Shown here: in pieces, positions 39,169-54,169 of the stretch
How positions within the stretch are numbered: position 1 is the first letter of the stretch
Layout: every line of letters starts with the position of its first letter
Assembly (NCBI GenBank): GCA_951406725.2
Contig: OX597814.1
Span: forward strand, 189,038,001-189,102,000
Source: Octopus vulgaris
Taxonomy: Eukaryota
Length of the DNA stretch: 64,000 bases
Direction: 5' to 3'
Program-made: the position numbers and the translations under genes
Notes under the pieces: model-generated
Database searches by the model: none
The model's input: only the letters and a program-made list of their open reading frames with translations
Told to the model about the DNA's origin: nothing

Positions 39169-39202
<34 letters not shown>

Positions 39203-39307
39203 AATATATATATACATATATATATATATATATGTATGTATGTGTGAGTCTGTATGTTTATGTATATCTGTCTTTATCTATATTTACATATATTTATGTA
39301 TACATTC

Positions 39308-39338
<31 letters not shown>

Positions 39339-39860
39339 TGCATGCATGTATGTATGTATGTATACGATACCTAGATATCAAGATTAGTCTATACTTGCAT
39401 TAGTCTATACTTGCATGTCTGCTTTATTTTTATGGATATCATATTTTTAAAAATTCACTTGCCAAATTTGCTGACAGCAGCAACTCCTTGTGACAATCCT
39501 TTCTTTGAGAATCCACAATAAAATTAATTGAGAGAATGGCGACACATGTTCCAATTACGTCCATTTTAGAAATTGTTCTTTCTTCTAGTGCGCAACAATC
39601 TCTTCCGTCTTCTTTTTCATTGTCTTTAATTTTCACTTCCACAAAAATACGCGAACTCAAGCACACGCATGCATACTTTTAACACTGCCATACACACATG
39701 TACATGTATGTATGCATTATGAATACACACACACACTCACATATATATATATGTATATATATATATACACATATATACATATATATATAAATTAATTTTA
39801 TGTATTTGCTTATGTTTTTCACTGTTTGATTTGCCTAATAGTGGTTTTATCTCTAATTTA

Positions 39861-39891
<31 letters not shown>

Positions 39892-39995
39892 GAATATATA
39901 TATACATGCATATGCATATACATGTGTTTAAATAAATAGATATGTACATGTATATCTATCTAACTCTCTGTTTTTCTTTCTCTCTCTCTATCTCT

Positions 39996-40035
<40 letters not shown>

Positions 40036-40058
40036 GCAGAGAAAGAGGGAGAAAACGC

Positions 40059-40095
<37 letters not shown>

Positions 40096-40725
40096 TACTA
40101 CATATCTATATGTGTGTATGCATTTTATGTTCATCTTAAGTCGCATGTTAAAGTGCATGTGTGTAGGCAAAACGTTTGCTAATATCCAAAACCCAATAGC
40201 TCTCTATACGAACGTGTTTGAATGCGTACATGTATACGTGTGATAGAGAATCCGTAATTAGTTTTCTGCACGCTTTTATACCAATGTTTTTGTGTGTGTA
40301 TTTTATGTGTGCATTTATGTACGATTTTTGTCATACATATTTGAAATTTATTCGTCTATTTTTCTAGTGTTTATAACAATAGTATATTTTCGAAAATCAG
40401 CTAATTACTTTATCTTAATTATAAATTAATTAATTAATCAAATGCTCGAAGTATGTTGTTTGTGCAGTCTAATTACGATAATTATCCAGAAACATTTACA
40501 TAAAATACTATTTGGCACGCATGTGCGATATATAATGTTGCTGATGCAAAAGAAATCTTATAGACTTGCTAAAACACTTTGAAGCATTAAAGTTAGCCGT
40601 TACCTTTAAACGGTTTACGACAAGGTAAAAAGTCGTTGCTCACAATATAAAATCGTCAATATTAATACGAATAAAATTAAGAAATAATAAAAGCTGTGGT
40701 TTATAGAGGTACTTTCTATACTCAT

Positions 40726-40946
40726 TACTCTGTTTTACCCTTTTACTTGTTTCAGTCATTTGATTGTGGCCATGCTGGAGCACCGCCTTTAGTCGAGCAA
40801 ATCGACCCTAGGACTTATTCTTTCTAAGCTTAGTACTTCTTATATCGGTCGCTTTTGCCGAACCGCTAAGTTACGGGGGCGTAAACACACCAGCATCGAT
40901 TGTCAAGCGATGTTGGGGAGACAAACACAGACACACAAACTTATAT

Positions 40947-41025
<79 letters not shown>

Positions 41026-41219
41026 TATTGATAGATATATATATATATATATAGATATTACGACGGGCTTCTTTCAGTTTCTGTCTACCAAATCCACTCA
41101 CAAGGCTTTGGCCGGCCCGAGACTATAGTAGAAGACACTTGCCCAAGGTGCTACGCAGTGGGAATGAACACCGAACCATGTGGTTTGTAAGCAAGCTACT
41201 TACCACACAGCCACTCCTC
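40726..41219 (-). mobile_element. SINE family B
   Basis: Reverse-complement match with expanded (TA)n. Confidence 0.85.
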
Positions 41220-41707
41220 CTTTTAGTTAAATGTAACATAGGTTTTTAATTAGTAATTCTTAATGTTATTCTATTACACATTTTTTTTGTTATTGAACAA
41301 AATCTACAGAAGTGGTAATGTGAAACAGTTGGTGGGACATTGAATTATTTCGTCTCTATACGGTGTGTGAGTTTATATTACACACGTTCCCTTATACGTC
41401 ACACAAACATGAATACAAGCTATCACACAGGCTTATGCATATGCACGGATGTATCTCTGCATTTCAAGAGATGATTTTAACTTCATACAATATAATGTTT
41501 ACGTGCTATTGTTACTCTGAAAGTGAACTCAGTAGAATGAAATACAAACGTGCTTTAAATGGACTATCCATATAAGTTTAAAATATTTCGATCTTCTTGA
41601 AGATACTAAACTGATATCTTACGTTTTATAACGAATCAGGATAGTTGTGTCCATGGATCTTCAGTGAAATCTTTTTCGTATTGTGACATTCTCTACAGGT
41701 TTATACC

Positions 41708-42129
41708 TATTTCTTTACTACCCACAAGGTGCTAAACACAGAGAGGACAAACAAGGACAGACAAACGGATTAAGTCGATTACATCGACCCCAGTGCGTAA
41801 CTGGTACTTATTTAATCGACCCCGAAAGGATGAAAGGCAAAGTCGACCTCGGCGGAATTTGAACTCAGAACGTAGCAGCAGACGAAATATCTATTTCTAT
41901 TTCTTTACTAACCACAAGGGGCTAAACACAGAGAGGACAAACAAGGACAGACAAACGGATTAAGTCGATTACATCGACCCCAGTGCGTAACTGGTACTTA
42001 TTTAACCGACCCCGAAAGGATGAAAGGCAAAGTCGTCCTCGGCGGAATTTGAACTCAGAACGTAACGGCAGACCAAATACGGTTACGCATTTCGCCCGGC
42101 GTGCTAACGTTTCTGCCAGCTCGCCGCCT
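41708..42129 (-). mobile_element. SINE family A head-to-tail dimer
   Basis: Two copies within one TSD (TCTACAGGTTTATAC). Confidence 0.88.
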
Positions 42130-43137
42130 TTCTACAGGTTTATACGACATTTTAGAAAATATTTAAAAAAGCTGTCTTTTAAACATAGTTTTCGTATTTT
42201 AAAATCATTTAACGAATATTCTTTCATAATAATTTCCTAAGCCATTGCGCTGTGAATATATATGTCTGCACACGTCGCTCTTACATATGCTACTAGGATG
42301 CAGCTTCTTATGAATGACGATGCAAAACACTTGCTTAGCTAATGATTTTACCTTTATATAATTAGGTTAAGCATTTAAGTTAAATACGATTTAAATCCTC
42401 TCCTAATACATTTTTTCTAAATCTTTATTCTATATTAACCAACATTTAGTTTAAAAAAATACATGTCAAACATAGCAAAGAAGGTTGAATATAAGAGATG
42501 GCTTATAAATAACGAACAAGGTAAATTTTAAAAAAATATCTCTTATTCACTGACAAAACATGCTTTTATTGAGAAGCAAAAAACTTGGGTAATTCATTTA
42601 TAAAATGAATTTCTCAGAATGTAAATTACCATGGATTTTTATTTCTTATTATTGTGTCTCAACTAATTGCGTAAATTACCCGTTACATTATTGAGAACAT
42701 AATAATAAATCGTAGCTTTTATCAGATATCTTATCTCCTTTTCTCTTTCCCAAAATATTTTCTTCTTTCTCTCTTCCCTTCTATAATGAAATAATGATAA
42801 AATTAACAAACCCTTAGTTATTTAGTACTAAAAAGAATCAACCGAGTCGAGATAGTAGCAATCAACGAATATTGCAAACTGTATGGTGGCAACAAGAAAG
42901 AAAATAAACTGTAATTAGATATATGCATAAAGATTATACATATTTCATTGCATTAAACACAAATTTAGTTCACAATCGAAAAAAGTCAAACATTATAGGC
43001 TTCCGACAATATTGTAATAGAAATGAATAATCAATAAAAGAACTTATAATAATAGCTATTATGTGATCTGAGGTAGGTTAGGAAAACAATTATACTGGAT
43101 TTTATTTCCTTATAATCATTATATTTAAAATGAATTA

Positions 43138-43551
43138 AGGTAGCGAGCTGGCAGAAACGTTAGCGCGCCGAGCGAAATGCTTAGCGGTATTTCGTCTGCC
43201 GCTACGCTCTGAGCTCAAATTCCGCCGAGGTCAACTTTGCCTTTCATCCTTTTGGATCGATTAAATAAGTACCAGTTACGCACTGGGGTCGATATAATCG
43301 ACTTAATCCGTTTGTTTGTACTTGTTTGTCCCCTCTATGTTTAGCCCCTTGTGGGTAGTAAAGAAGTAGGTATTTCGTCTGTCGTTACGTTTTGAGTTCA
43401 AATTCCGCCGTGGTCGACTTTGCCTTTCATTCTTTCGAGGTCGATAAATAGAGTACCAGTTTCGCACTGGTGTCGATGTAATCGACTTAATCCCTTTGTC
43501 TGTCCTTGTTTGTCCCCTCTATGTTTAGCCCCTTGTGGGTAGTAAAGAAAT
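43138..43551 (+). mobile_element. SINE family A head-to-tail dimer
   Basis: Second copy starts at GTATTTCGTCTG directly after the first tail. Confidence 0.88.
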
Positions 43552-44273
43552 ATATATTTAAAATGTTTGTATATACTGCAAAATATTTGGCATTTTCAGT
43601 CATGGTTGTGCTATTAATAAGTTCGTGTTGCAAATTTTTGGTCTCGGGTTCCATCTCAGCGAACAGTTAAATGAGTATGCATAATTCGAATTTACCAAAA
43701 GCTTGTGAGTGAAATCTGGTTGAAGCACGCCAAATCGAGCATTCCTGTTCTTGGATAGTAGAGTTAATCCGTCGCCTGGCTTAATACCACGATCTAGTGC
43801 TTGTAAAATCTAAGCCTTCTTCCACCATTCTTGGAGGTCCGGGAAAATATCATGGAAGCCGGTTTTGATCAAGAATAACCAAAGCTGCATGATCTACGCT
43901 TCCTGAATCGAGGCGTCAGCCGATTTTTGACGAGAATGCGATTTTTAATGGAGTCTGTTCATTTTGTTTTGCCTCATTAACTCTACTGATAATTTTATTA
44001 AGCCGACATAATCCCTCTTCGTTATCCTTTCAAAATATAAGACATTGAAAAATGTTGTGTAGCAAGAAAATTTGTTGTGGAAACCTTAATAACCGTGTGA
44101 TATATGTTAAAATGTATCGCGGAATATATTCTGGGTCATATTTCACACAAAATGGATTGTACTCGTTATTACTTTCAACGTAATGAAATACCATGTTCGA
44201 ATAACAGCAATCAGAATATAGTGTGTCTGCATGTGCGCATGTACGCGTGTTTGCGTGTGTACGTGCATATGCA

Positions 44274-44983
44274 CTCTTTTACTCTTTACTCTTTTACTCT
44301 TTTACTGGTTTCAGTCATTTGACTGCGGCCATGCTAGAGCACCGCCTTTCGTCGAGCAAATCGATTCCAGGACTTATTCTTTGTAAGCCTAGTACTTATT
44401 CTATCGGTCTCTTTTGCCAAACCGCTAAGTTACGGGGAGACAAACACACCAGAATCGGTTGTCAAGCGATGTTGTGGGGACAAACACAGACACACAAACA
44501 TATACACACATACATACATACATGTACATATACATAGATACTTTGGGCTTCTTTCAGTTTCCGTCTACCAAATCTACTCACATTGCTTTGGTCGGCCCGA
44601 GGCTATAATAGAAGACAGTTACCCAAGGTGCCACGCAGTGGGACTGAACCCGGAACCATGTAGTTGGTAAGCAAGTTACTTACCAGACAGCCACTCCTGT
44701 GTATGTATCTTTTATGTTTTATCTTTTACTTGTTTTCGTCATTTGACTGCGACCATGCTGGGGCACCACCTTCGAGAATTCTTAGTAGAACGAATGGACT
44801 CTTGTAGTTATTTTGTCTGTTTTTAAAACCTGGTACTTATTCTTTCTCCTTTGGCGAACCGTTAAGTTACGGTAACGTAAACACATCGACGCAAAGACAA
44901 ACACAAAGACACGCGCACAGTGGGACTGAACCAGGAAGCATGTGGTTAGGATGCAAGCTTCTTACGACACATTCACGCTTGCG
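44274..44983 (-). mobile_element. Two adjacent SINE family B copies (44274-44699 intact, ~44715-44983 diverged)
   Basis: Reverse-complement matches. Confidence 0.8.
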
Positions 44984-45941
44984 TCACATATATGTAGAAA
45001 GAAAGATACTGTTTAGCCTATTCTTGTATTTCTGATTTGTATTTTAAGAATACATACAAGATCACATGAACTATATATAAAATATACAAACACACATAAA
45101 CACACACACACACGCACACACACACACATACACATAAACATTTGTACATAACTACATATCCTTAAATCCTTAAAAATGTTCTAGCCCGAAGGCCGCGGCT
45201 ATGCTGGGGCACCACCGCTGCACCACATAGTTTATGAAGTCAAATCTTTGAGAATTTATAACTTGGGTTAAGACGCATTGTATTAGGAAATCAAGTTATA
45301 GGCCGGCGCAGCAACCGGTGACGTCATCAGTAGTCCACAGTAATAATGATTATTTTTCTCTCAGTTATATATAGGGATAAATTTCGTAAAAGTTGAACCA
45401 ACTCTATTCAAACTGATGCAATTATTTTATCGATCTGAGTGGGATTTGAACTAACAAAACAATTAAAGTGAATGAGATAATCATTGTTAGATATTTCCTT
45501 CAATACGCTACCGTTTCTATTAAGCTACTGCCCTCATAATACGCAATAATAAAAAATTCAGTCGATTACCAAAAGCTACGTTCTTTGAATGTAGAAGAGA
45601 TATGATCTATTGAATCGGCTCTAGTACTGGTTGCTTTTTGATTTATCAACGCCTGTACAAAGGAAGTCGAAGTTATGTCGAAGAGACGTAAACTCAGAAA
45701 GCACAGAGATACAAGGATGAAATTACATGCCGTTATGTAGCACAAAAAAAGCAGCGAGCTGGCACAATCATTATGATGTCGGGCAATATATCACAAATAA
45801 TCGAGGTCGACTTTGCCTTTTGTCATTAAGGGGTTATTGTACCGATATAGTAGATATGCTGCTTGTAGAAGAATATATTACATAGCACAAAGTCAGTTAC
45901 GTCACACACATAATGCTACATATTGGCAAAATATATTTTTA

Positions 45942-46261
45942 TTACGGAATGTACTTGCATAGCAAGTGACCTGATCTGAGATCGTGTGCTGGAACGAAAA
46001 CAATTGCAGCGTGGACGGTGTTTATAAGCCATTTAAGAAACACACAAAAACTGCTAGATTCACTTCTACATTTAAATTTAATTTGCCAAAATATTTTCGT
46101 CGCTTTCAAGGGATGCAGCACAGAATTTTGTCAGTGAATAGGTCGCGGTCTCAAAGTGACGAAAATATTTGACAAATTATATTTAAATGTTGAAGTGAAT
46201 CTAACGATTTTTGTGTGTTTCTTAAATGGCTTATAAACACCTTCCACGCTGCAATTGTTTT
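45942..46261. mobile_element. Family G element as two partial copies in inverted orientation; hammerhead-like motif at 46127-46176 (+)
   Basis: 45942-46106 matches 28281-28443. 46112-46261 is an inverted copy with UUUGUCA GUGAAUA G GUCGC..GUGAC GAAAAUAUU UGACAAA. Confidence 0.7.
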
Positions 46262-46802
46262 GATTTTTATAATGTCCGGTAACAGTTAAAAGTACACATT
46301 TGGTTACTTAGGTAGAACCTAATACTTTGAAGTGGTCAGCGAATAAACCGGTTCACCAACTTGAGTGGATTGCTACTCTTGTAAGAAGGGTGTCTGAACA
46401 CACAACAGCACTAAAAGCAAAACCTGTTGAATGCTGGATGAGCTCGTTGTGGGCCAACGTTGATCCAGTGGGGTGAAGCAGTGGTAAACCATCTTAATAT
46501 CTCTGGCAAGAAAACGTTACGAAAAATCAGAAGAAAGTAACGCTTCATTCAATGGGAGAACTCAAGCTTAAATTTGGAAGACTTTCGATGTTCAGTCATC
46601 AACGCGCTGTTAAAAGAGTACGATACATGACGGCGATAGTTAATTTGAGACCATTTCTTAACATCTATCCATTTTTTGATGCGTGAAGTATGGAAGTCTA
46701 GTCAACCACGACTGAATTTGGATGTCGTGGGATATAAAGATGAGAAGGATAATTATGATACCAGTCTTCCTGCCAGACACTATCAAAAGAACAAAAACTA
46801 CA

Positions 46803-47229
46803 GGCGAAGGAGTGACTGTGTGGTAAGTAGCTTGCTTACGAACCACATAGTTCCGGGTTCAGTCCCACTGCGTGGCACCTTGGGTAAGTGTCTTCTCCTA
46901 TAGCCTCGGGTCAACCAAAGCCTTGTGAGTGGATTTGGTAGACGGAAACTGAAAGAAGCCCGTTGTATATATGTATATATATGTATGTGTGTGTATATGT
47001 TTGTGAGTTTGTGTGCCTGTGCTTGTCCCCCCCCCAACATCGCTTGACAACCCATACTGGTGCGTTTACGTCACCGTAACTTAGCGGTTTGGCAAAAGCG
47101 TCTGATAAAATAAGTACTAGGCTTACAAAGAATAAGTCCTGGGGTCGATTTGCTCGACTAAAAGGCGGTGCTCCAGCATGGACACAGTCAAATAACTGAA
47201 ATAAGTAAAAGAGTAAAAGAGTAAAAGAG
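46803..47229 (+). mobile_element. SINE family B
   Basis: Full-length match with (GTAAAAGA)n tail. Confidence 0.88.
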
Positions 47230-47314
47230 ATACATCGAAGTCAAATACACACCAGCAAGAGAGGGCTATATAGAAGTTACTTAGGAACAATTTAGCACGT
47301 TGTTACACAGTTTA

Positions 47315-47355
<41 letters not shown>

Positions 47356-47949
47356 GTCAGTGTGCAGCAGAGAGATGCATGTTAGAATTCAAGTTACCGC
47401 TAAAAAAATCATGCAAAAGTGAAATATCGATGGAATGCATAATAAACATTGCAAAATGTCACAGACAATGGCAAAGCAGCTGGGCAATAGGAAAAACAAT
47501 TCACACTGACAGTAATATTCAAGAAAAATCAATTCCAGAAGACAGCGAAAAATAATCAAAAATACTTTGCAAATATGAAAACCTAGAAATCGAGAGAACG
47601 ACAAAGCGAGGAAAGAAAATAGAAAAGATTGTCTTAATAATAGCCTCTTTGAAAATATTATATTAAAATTAACCGACAAATGCGTATATGAAGCCTCTGT
47701 CCTTCCATTTGTACGAGACCCACACTGCACACATATAACGCGGTTTAATTCCAGTAAGATATAACGAAGAAATTTCATTAAGACAGCATCAGACATCTCA
47801 TGTTCTCAAAAACTACAAAATTGCGCTTGTTCAGTAAGAGAAATAAAAAAATGTAAGACAGCTCAACTAATAGAAATTATATTTTTGTTATGACAAGAAC
47901 GAAAGTGAAAGTTAATAACGACAATAACATCCACAGTAATGATATTAAT

Positions 47950-48388
47950 GATGGTTTCAAATTTGAGCACAAGGCCAGCAATTTTTTATGGTTAAGTCAA
48001 TAAATCGGCCCAGTGCTCAACTGGTACTTATTTTATAGAAACGGAGAGGTTGAAAGGCAAAGTCAACCCCAACGGAGTTTGAACCTAGAACGTAAAACAG
48101 ACAAAATTCCGCTAAGCATTTTCCCGTCATGCTAATGAGTCTGCCAGATCGTCGCCTTAGTAATGATATTAATAATCCTTTCTACATTAGGCACAAGGCC
48201 TGAAATTTGTAGTTGGGGGTAATTCTATCACATTGATCTCAGTACTTGACTGGTACTTAATTTATCGACCTCGAAAGCGTGAAAGACAAAGTCGACCTCC
48301 GTGGAATTTGAGCTCAGAACGTAAGGACGGGCGAAATACCGCTACGCATCTTTCCGGTGTGTTAACGATTCTGCCAGCTCGCCGCCTT
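47950..48388 (-). mobile_element. SINE family A cluster (two copies, alternative tail)
   Basis: Two copies separated by AAT-rich spacers. Confidence 0.75.
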
Positions 48389-48414
48389 AGTAATGATAAT
48401 AATAATAATAATCC

Positions 48415-49227
48415 GGCGAAGTTTCGCATGTCGTAGCACAGATTTCCGTCGATTTCCGTAAAAAACTTTTATTTTTTTACATAAGTAATGAGAGCGAAAG
48501 AGACTAAGAGGAAGCGATTTTACGACGAGAAGGTTTCTCTTTGAAATCGGCCTGTGTGTGTTTGATGGGGTGTGGGAGACAGACAGTATGTTGTGTAAGT
48601 GAAGTGCTTCTGTTAGTGTGTGGGAAGAGACAGAGAGAGTAATGTGTGAAAGAGAGAGATAACTGATTTTTTACTCGGTGTATGTGTATATGTATGTCTG
48701 CATGTATATGTGTGTGTGTATGTATCTATGTGTGTGTGTGTGTGTGTAAGTATGTGTGTGTGTATGTATGTATGTATGTATGTGTGTGTGTATGTATCTA
48801 TGTATGTGTGTGTGTGTATGTATGTGTATGTGTGTGTGTGTGTGTGTATGTATCTATGTGTGTGTGTGTGTGTGTAAGTATGTGTGTGTGTATGTATGTA
48901 TGTATGTATGTGTGTGTGTGTATGTATCTATGTATGTGTGTGTGTGTATGTATGTATGTATGGCCGATTCATAGTAATTTTTTACTCGGTGTATGTGTAT
49001 ATGTATGTCTGTCTCTTCACACACACTAACAGAAGCACTTCACTTACACAACATACTGTCTGTCTCCCACACCCCATCAAACACACACAGGCCGACTTCA
49101 AAGTGAAACCTTCTCGTCGTAAAATCGCTTCCTCTTAGTCTCTTTCGCTCTCATTACTTATGTAAAAAAATAAAAGTTTTTTACGGAAATCGACGGAAAT
49201 CTGTGCTACTACAACCGAAACTATGCC
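48415..49227. mobile_element. Foldback MITE with ~220-bp TIRs and 8-bp TSD (GG termini, Merlin/MULE-like)
   Basis: 48415-48634 and 49008-49227 are near-perfect inverted repeats; TSD AATAATCC on both sides; (TG)/(TATG) microsatellite core. Confidence 0.88.
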
Positions 49228-49235
49228 AATAATCC

Positions 49236-50048
49236 TTTCTATTATAGGTACAAGGCCTGAAATTTTGGGGGAGGGGACTAGTCGATTCCATCAACCCCAG
49301 TGTTTCGCTGCTTAATTTATCGATACCGATAAGTGCTGCTTAATTTATCGATACCGAAAGGATGAAAGGCATGCTAATGATTTTATTTCTTTATTGCCTA
49401 CAAGGGGGCTAAACACAGAGAAGACAAACAAGGACAGAAAGCAGAATTAAATCGATTATATCGACCGCGGTGCGTAACTGGTACTTAATTTATCGACCCC
49501 GAAAGGATGAAAAGCGAAGTCGACCTCGGCGGAATTTGAACTCAGAACGTAACGGCAGACGAAATACGGCTAAGCATTTCGCCCGGCGTGCTAACGATTC
49601 TGCCAGCTCGCCGCCTTAGTAATAATAATAATAATCCTTCCTACTATAGGTACAAGGCCTGGATTTTGTGTGGAGGGGTACAGTCTATCACACCAACCTC
49701 AGTACTCAACTGGTACTTAATTTATCAACCCCGAAAGGAAGAAAGGCGAAATCGACCTCGGCGGAGTTTGAACTCAGAACGTAGCTGCAGACTAAGCATT
49801 TGGCCTAGCGAGCTAACGATTCTTATTTCTTTACTGCCCACAAGGGGCTACACACAGTGGGGACAACAAGGACAGATAAACGGATTAAGTCGATAATATT
49901 GACCTCAGTGCGTAACTGGTACTTATTTAATCTACTCTGAAAGGCAATGTCGACCTCGGCGGAATTTGAACTCACAACGTATAGCGGCAAACGAAATACC
50001 GCTAAGCTTTTCGCCCGGCGTGCTAACGATTCTGCCAGCTAACCGTCT
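49236..50048 (-). mobile_element. SINE family A cluster (four copies, both tail types)
   Basis: Repeated central domain and heads, all in the same orientation. Confidence 0.8.
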
Positions 50049-52991
50049 TAGTAATAATGGTAATAATAATAACAATAATTCTACAAGGAAATAAGACAAA
50101 TCGTAGCAGAAAAATCAATATAAAATAGGTAATGAAAAAATAGATTAATACCCTTAATAGAAAATGATAAAGCAAAAACAAGATGCAAACAACATTATGA
50201 GTAATAATAATCGTTATGTCCTACCTGAAAGCATTTATCAAGATCTGACTGTTTCGTAGAATCATTAAGTAAACAGCAGTCAAGTTGTCCATTATTAAAC
50301 GATAGATATGTGATTTCGTTGGCAGTCGAGTTAAACAGATTCGTTTCCGAATAGTGATTTAGTTGCGATGGCATCGCTTCAAAACTGACCCTTACCTTTG
50401 AATGGTAGCTATCATGAGTGGAGAGGAATGTGGACGTTTAAATGAACCTACGTCGGACAGTATGTCCGAGGAAAGTAAACGAGGCAGAGAGCATTTCATC
50501 TATGCCTGTTTGTGATAATAGTATAGTCACATTTAAAAGGTTTTCATAGATTCAACAGCTGACAATCATGCTGACAACAAAACACAGCCACCCAAACACA
50601 GCGTGCTGCTATCTCGTCATTATCAATATAAACCTTAACCTCTGTGACGCTAGTATTTAAGTAAATCTGGATGTATTATAAATACTTACACATATGCGTA
50701 TATAAGTGTGTGTTAATATTTGTGTATACATATGTTTCTGTATAAATAGAACCATGTCATAGATACATAAGTCTGTAACTATCTATAGGACGTTAGTGTA
50801 GTTGGTTAAAGTGGGGTCTTATCTCCCTATAAGATAAATTTCTTGATTAGTAAATTTTAGAAAATTGACAAACATTTTGAATAAATTTTTTGCGGATTTG
50901 ACGATTTTGTGTGCACATATTTGGACTACTTTTTCCCTCCTACATTACATTAGTGTATGTATTTATTTAATTTGAAGAAAAAAAAAACTATCTAATTATC
51001 TGTATAGAATACTGAGGAAACGATAGTACAATCGACGAAAGTAAATTCAACCATGACATTTCTTAGATTTCGCTGTGCTTGCTATATTTATGATAAACTT
51101 ATTTTCTCTTCTATCGAATTCGACCTGCAAATTATATCACTTGTTAAACGGAAAGCCATTAATTAGCAGTGAGGATTTTTAAAGGACGTCTTTAACAAAC
51201 TATAATTAGTGAATAACATGAAATAAAATTAATCGCACATGCATCACTTATATCTCAAATAAACACATAGTATTAGATTTTGAGGGAAGTGAGTATTGCA
51301 ACTATATAGCATTCTATAAATTTCCTATATGGACAATGTGTTGTTGATGATATTGCTTAATCCCCAATTCAGGATGATCCAGCGGACCTATAACCACTGG
51401 GGTCAATGTAATCGACTAATCCCCTCCAGTGAAATTGCTGGCCTTGTACCAAAATTTGAAATCTATATTAATAATAATGTTAATAGCCTAAAGTATTGTA
51501 ATAATTATGAAGATCTTTGGTAATATTAATATAAATTATTACGAGGAACAAAGATTCTGGTCATTTGGTTTTTCTAAGGAATGAGTAAAACGCCGCTCAA
51601 GCGTCTACATTGTGGATTATATAGAAAGAGGAAATTATATGTAACGCATTGTTAACTAGGCCTAATATTGGCTTTGCTTTGAACTAACGCAGAGGCCCTA
51701 TCGTTTGTGATAGCAGAAATGGAATTTGGCATCTTTCATAACATCTAAGTAAACACTAACTGTATAAGTGAAGTGTAAAGTCTTCAACCAGATTCCGAAA
51801 TTATATTTTCAAATATTAAAACATTAAATATACTGTAGGTCCTTTCATTAGGACGAACTGAAAGCGAACAGATTAACATCACAGTAAACAAACTAGTCTT
51901 GCGCCCTTTTATGTATCTGCTTTCATGTCAGAATTATTCCTTTTTGAGCTTCATACCGTCACAAGAAATGTATCTGCTGACTGATGCGTACGCCTATGGC
52001 TGATTCTCTTTTCATCTCTGTATATGTGTCATTATAACACTTGCATTTTTTCTTCCTGTCTCTATGTCTGTGTGATTATGTGTGAACAGGCAATACAAAC
52101 AGAGAAGATATCTACGTCAGACTATTAACTAAAGGCAATGTACTTTTGCTACAGTAAAGATATCAGCTTTTATCAGTACTGTGAACGTTATCAATGAATG
52201 TTCCTTTTAATGACACCATGGTACTCGTTTCGCTATTGCTACTGCAGATGTCATCATTGAATGAGTTAATACCTGAATGAATATAACAATCTACTTATGA
52301 GTTTCTCGTCTAACACCTACAGATAAATCATCTGATTAGCGCAATTCAATGATATTAATTACATCTTAATCTTATGTTATCTCACACCTTATCAACCCCA
52401 TCTCATTTCACTTCGTTACTAACCCTCTCAGTTTCATATCATAATCAATTACTTCATTCCTTTTCTCTAAGTTACTCCATTACATTGTTTTCTGGAACTG
52501 TTCTACATCTAATTTTCTAAATCTTTTTATTCTGTCTATCTTTCTGTATTTCTCAGTCTCTCTTTGCTTTAATTGTTCTGTTCCCTCGACTTCGTCTCTA
52601 TCACATTTTCTAGGTTTTGTTATTCCTCTTAACGTTGTAGAACATTATACATTTATCTATTTCAAACTCTCTATTTCAAATCCATCTGCCTCCCACTTTA
52701 TCTTCTACTCGTGATTTATGTCTCATGTAAGAAATTATGTCTTTTCATATCGTTTGATCAATCTCTTATCAATTGTCTATCACTCCTTATCTCGTTCTCT
52801 CAAGATTTCACTTTTTCACTTCTTGCAAAAGAAGCAAAATTTTAGTCAAATTCTTAATAATTCTTATACTGTCTCAGTTAACTGACTAACCACCGTTGAT
52901 AGCGATATAAGAAAAGAAACTACAAATTTAGTTCATAGTATACAGCATTTATACATACATACAAACATACATACATACATACATACATACA

Positions 52992-53022
<31 letters not shown>

Positions 53023-54111
53023 CCTTGTTGCTTATTTTGATTTTAATCACCTTATTTTGAAATTGTATGGATAATACCATACCATTTTGGTGCCTCAGCT
53101 TAAGTACCATATTTATCTGAATCTAATTTTTTACATACATATGCATATATGTGTAGGTGGCTTAGCTATAAGGATTTGGAAAACATGATTGTAAGACTTT
53201 GATTTCAATTCCTGGAATGGGCGAGGGATTGTGTTCGTGAGCAAAACATATCATTTCACATGGTGCAGTTCTCGAAAATGAGAAATGAGTAGCGATGGGA
53301 CGGACTGGTGTCCCGTACTGGATTGTGCAATAAATGTGACAGAATCCGTGAGACCAACCTTGTGTGTCCTACGAAGGACAGTTCATCATATATATATATA
53401 TATATATATATATGGGGGTCGTGCATGTGAGTGTGAGTGAGTGTGTATGTGAGTGTGTGTGTGTGTGTGTTTGTATGTGTGTATTGTGTGTGTATGCGTG
53501 TTTGTGTATGTGTGTGTGTGCGCGTGTATGTAGTAAAAAAGAATTTCTCTGAAGGTTTTCCCCGCGCGGTGGAATTATAGTAATATATCTTCTGGAAAAT
53601 TAAGCATATTTAATTCTCAGTTTGCGATATTTTTCATGCAGTTATTAAGGTTTTACAATATGTCTATTGACAAATCTAGTCTTTAGGGTCGATAACAATC
53701 GTTATTAGGAAATTAATGCCAGGAAATTATTTCCCTATCATTTAATTGCTTTTAACGTAAATACATGCAAATTTGCGTACGAAACAAAAATATTTATATT
53801 CTTTATGGATAATTCAAATACATTATTATTTATATTGTAGTTCATAGATTTGTCACACAAATATGTATATAAAAAAGCATAGAAATATTCATGAAGTGTA
53901 TATATATAAGCAATGAATAGTAACTTACTAAACCGCCGTTATTTATTACTTTTATTCCTACCTCAGTTCATCTAATTGTATATATCTTTCGTTACTTTTC
54001 ATGAAAAATCTTTACTTTTTTATTTACAATATGCATTTTCGTTGATTTTTATTACTTTCCCCTTACATTACCACGTATAGTTTCTATTTTCTTTTTGTAA
54101 CATATTTCTAT

Positions 54112-54166
<55 letters not shown>

Positions 54167-54169
<3 letters not shown>

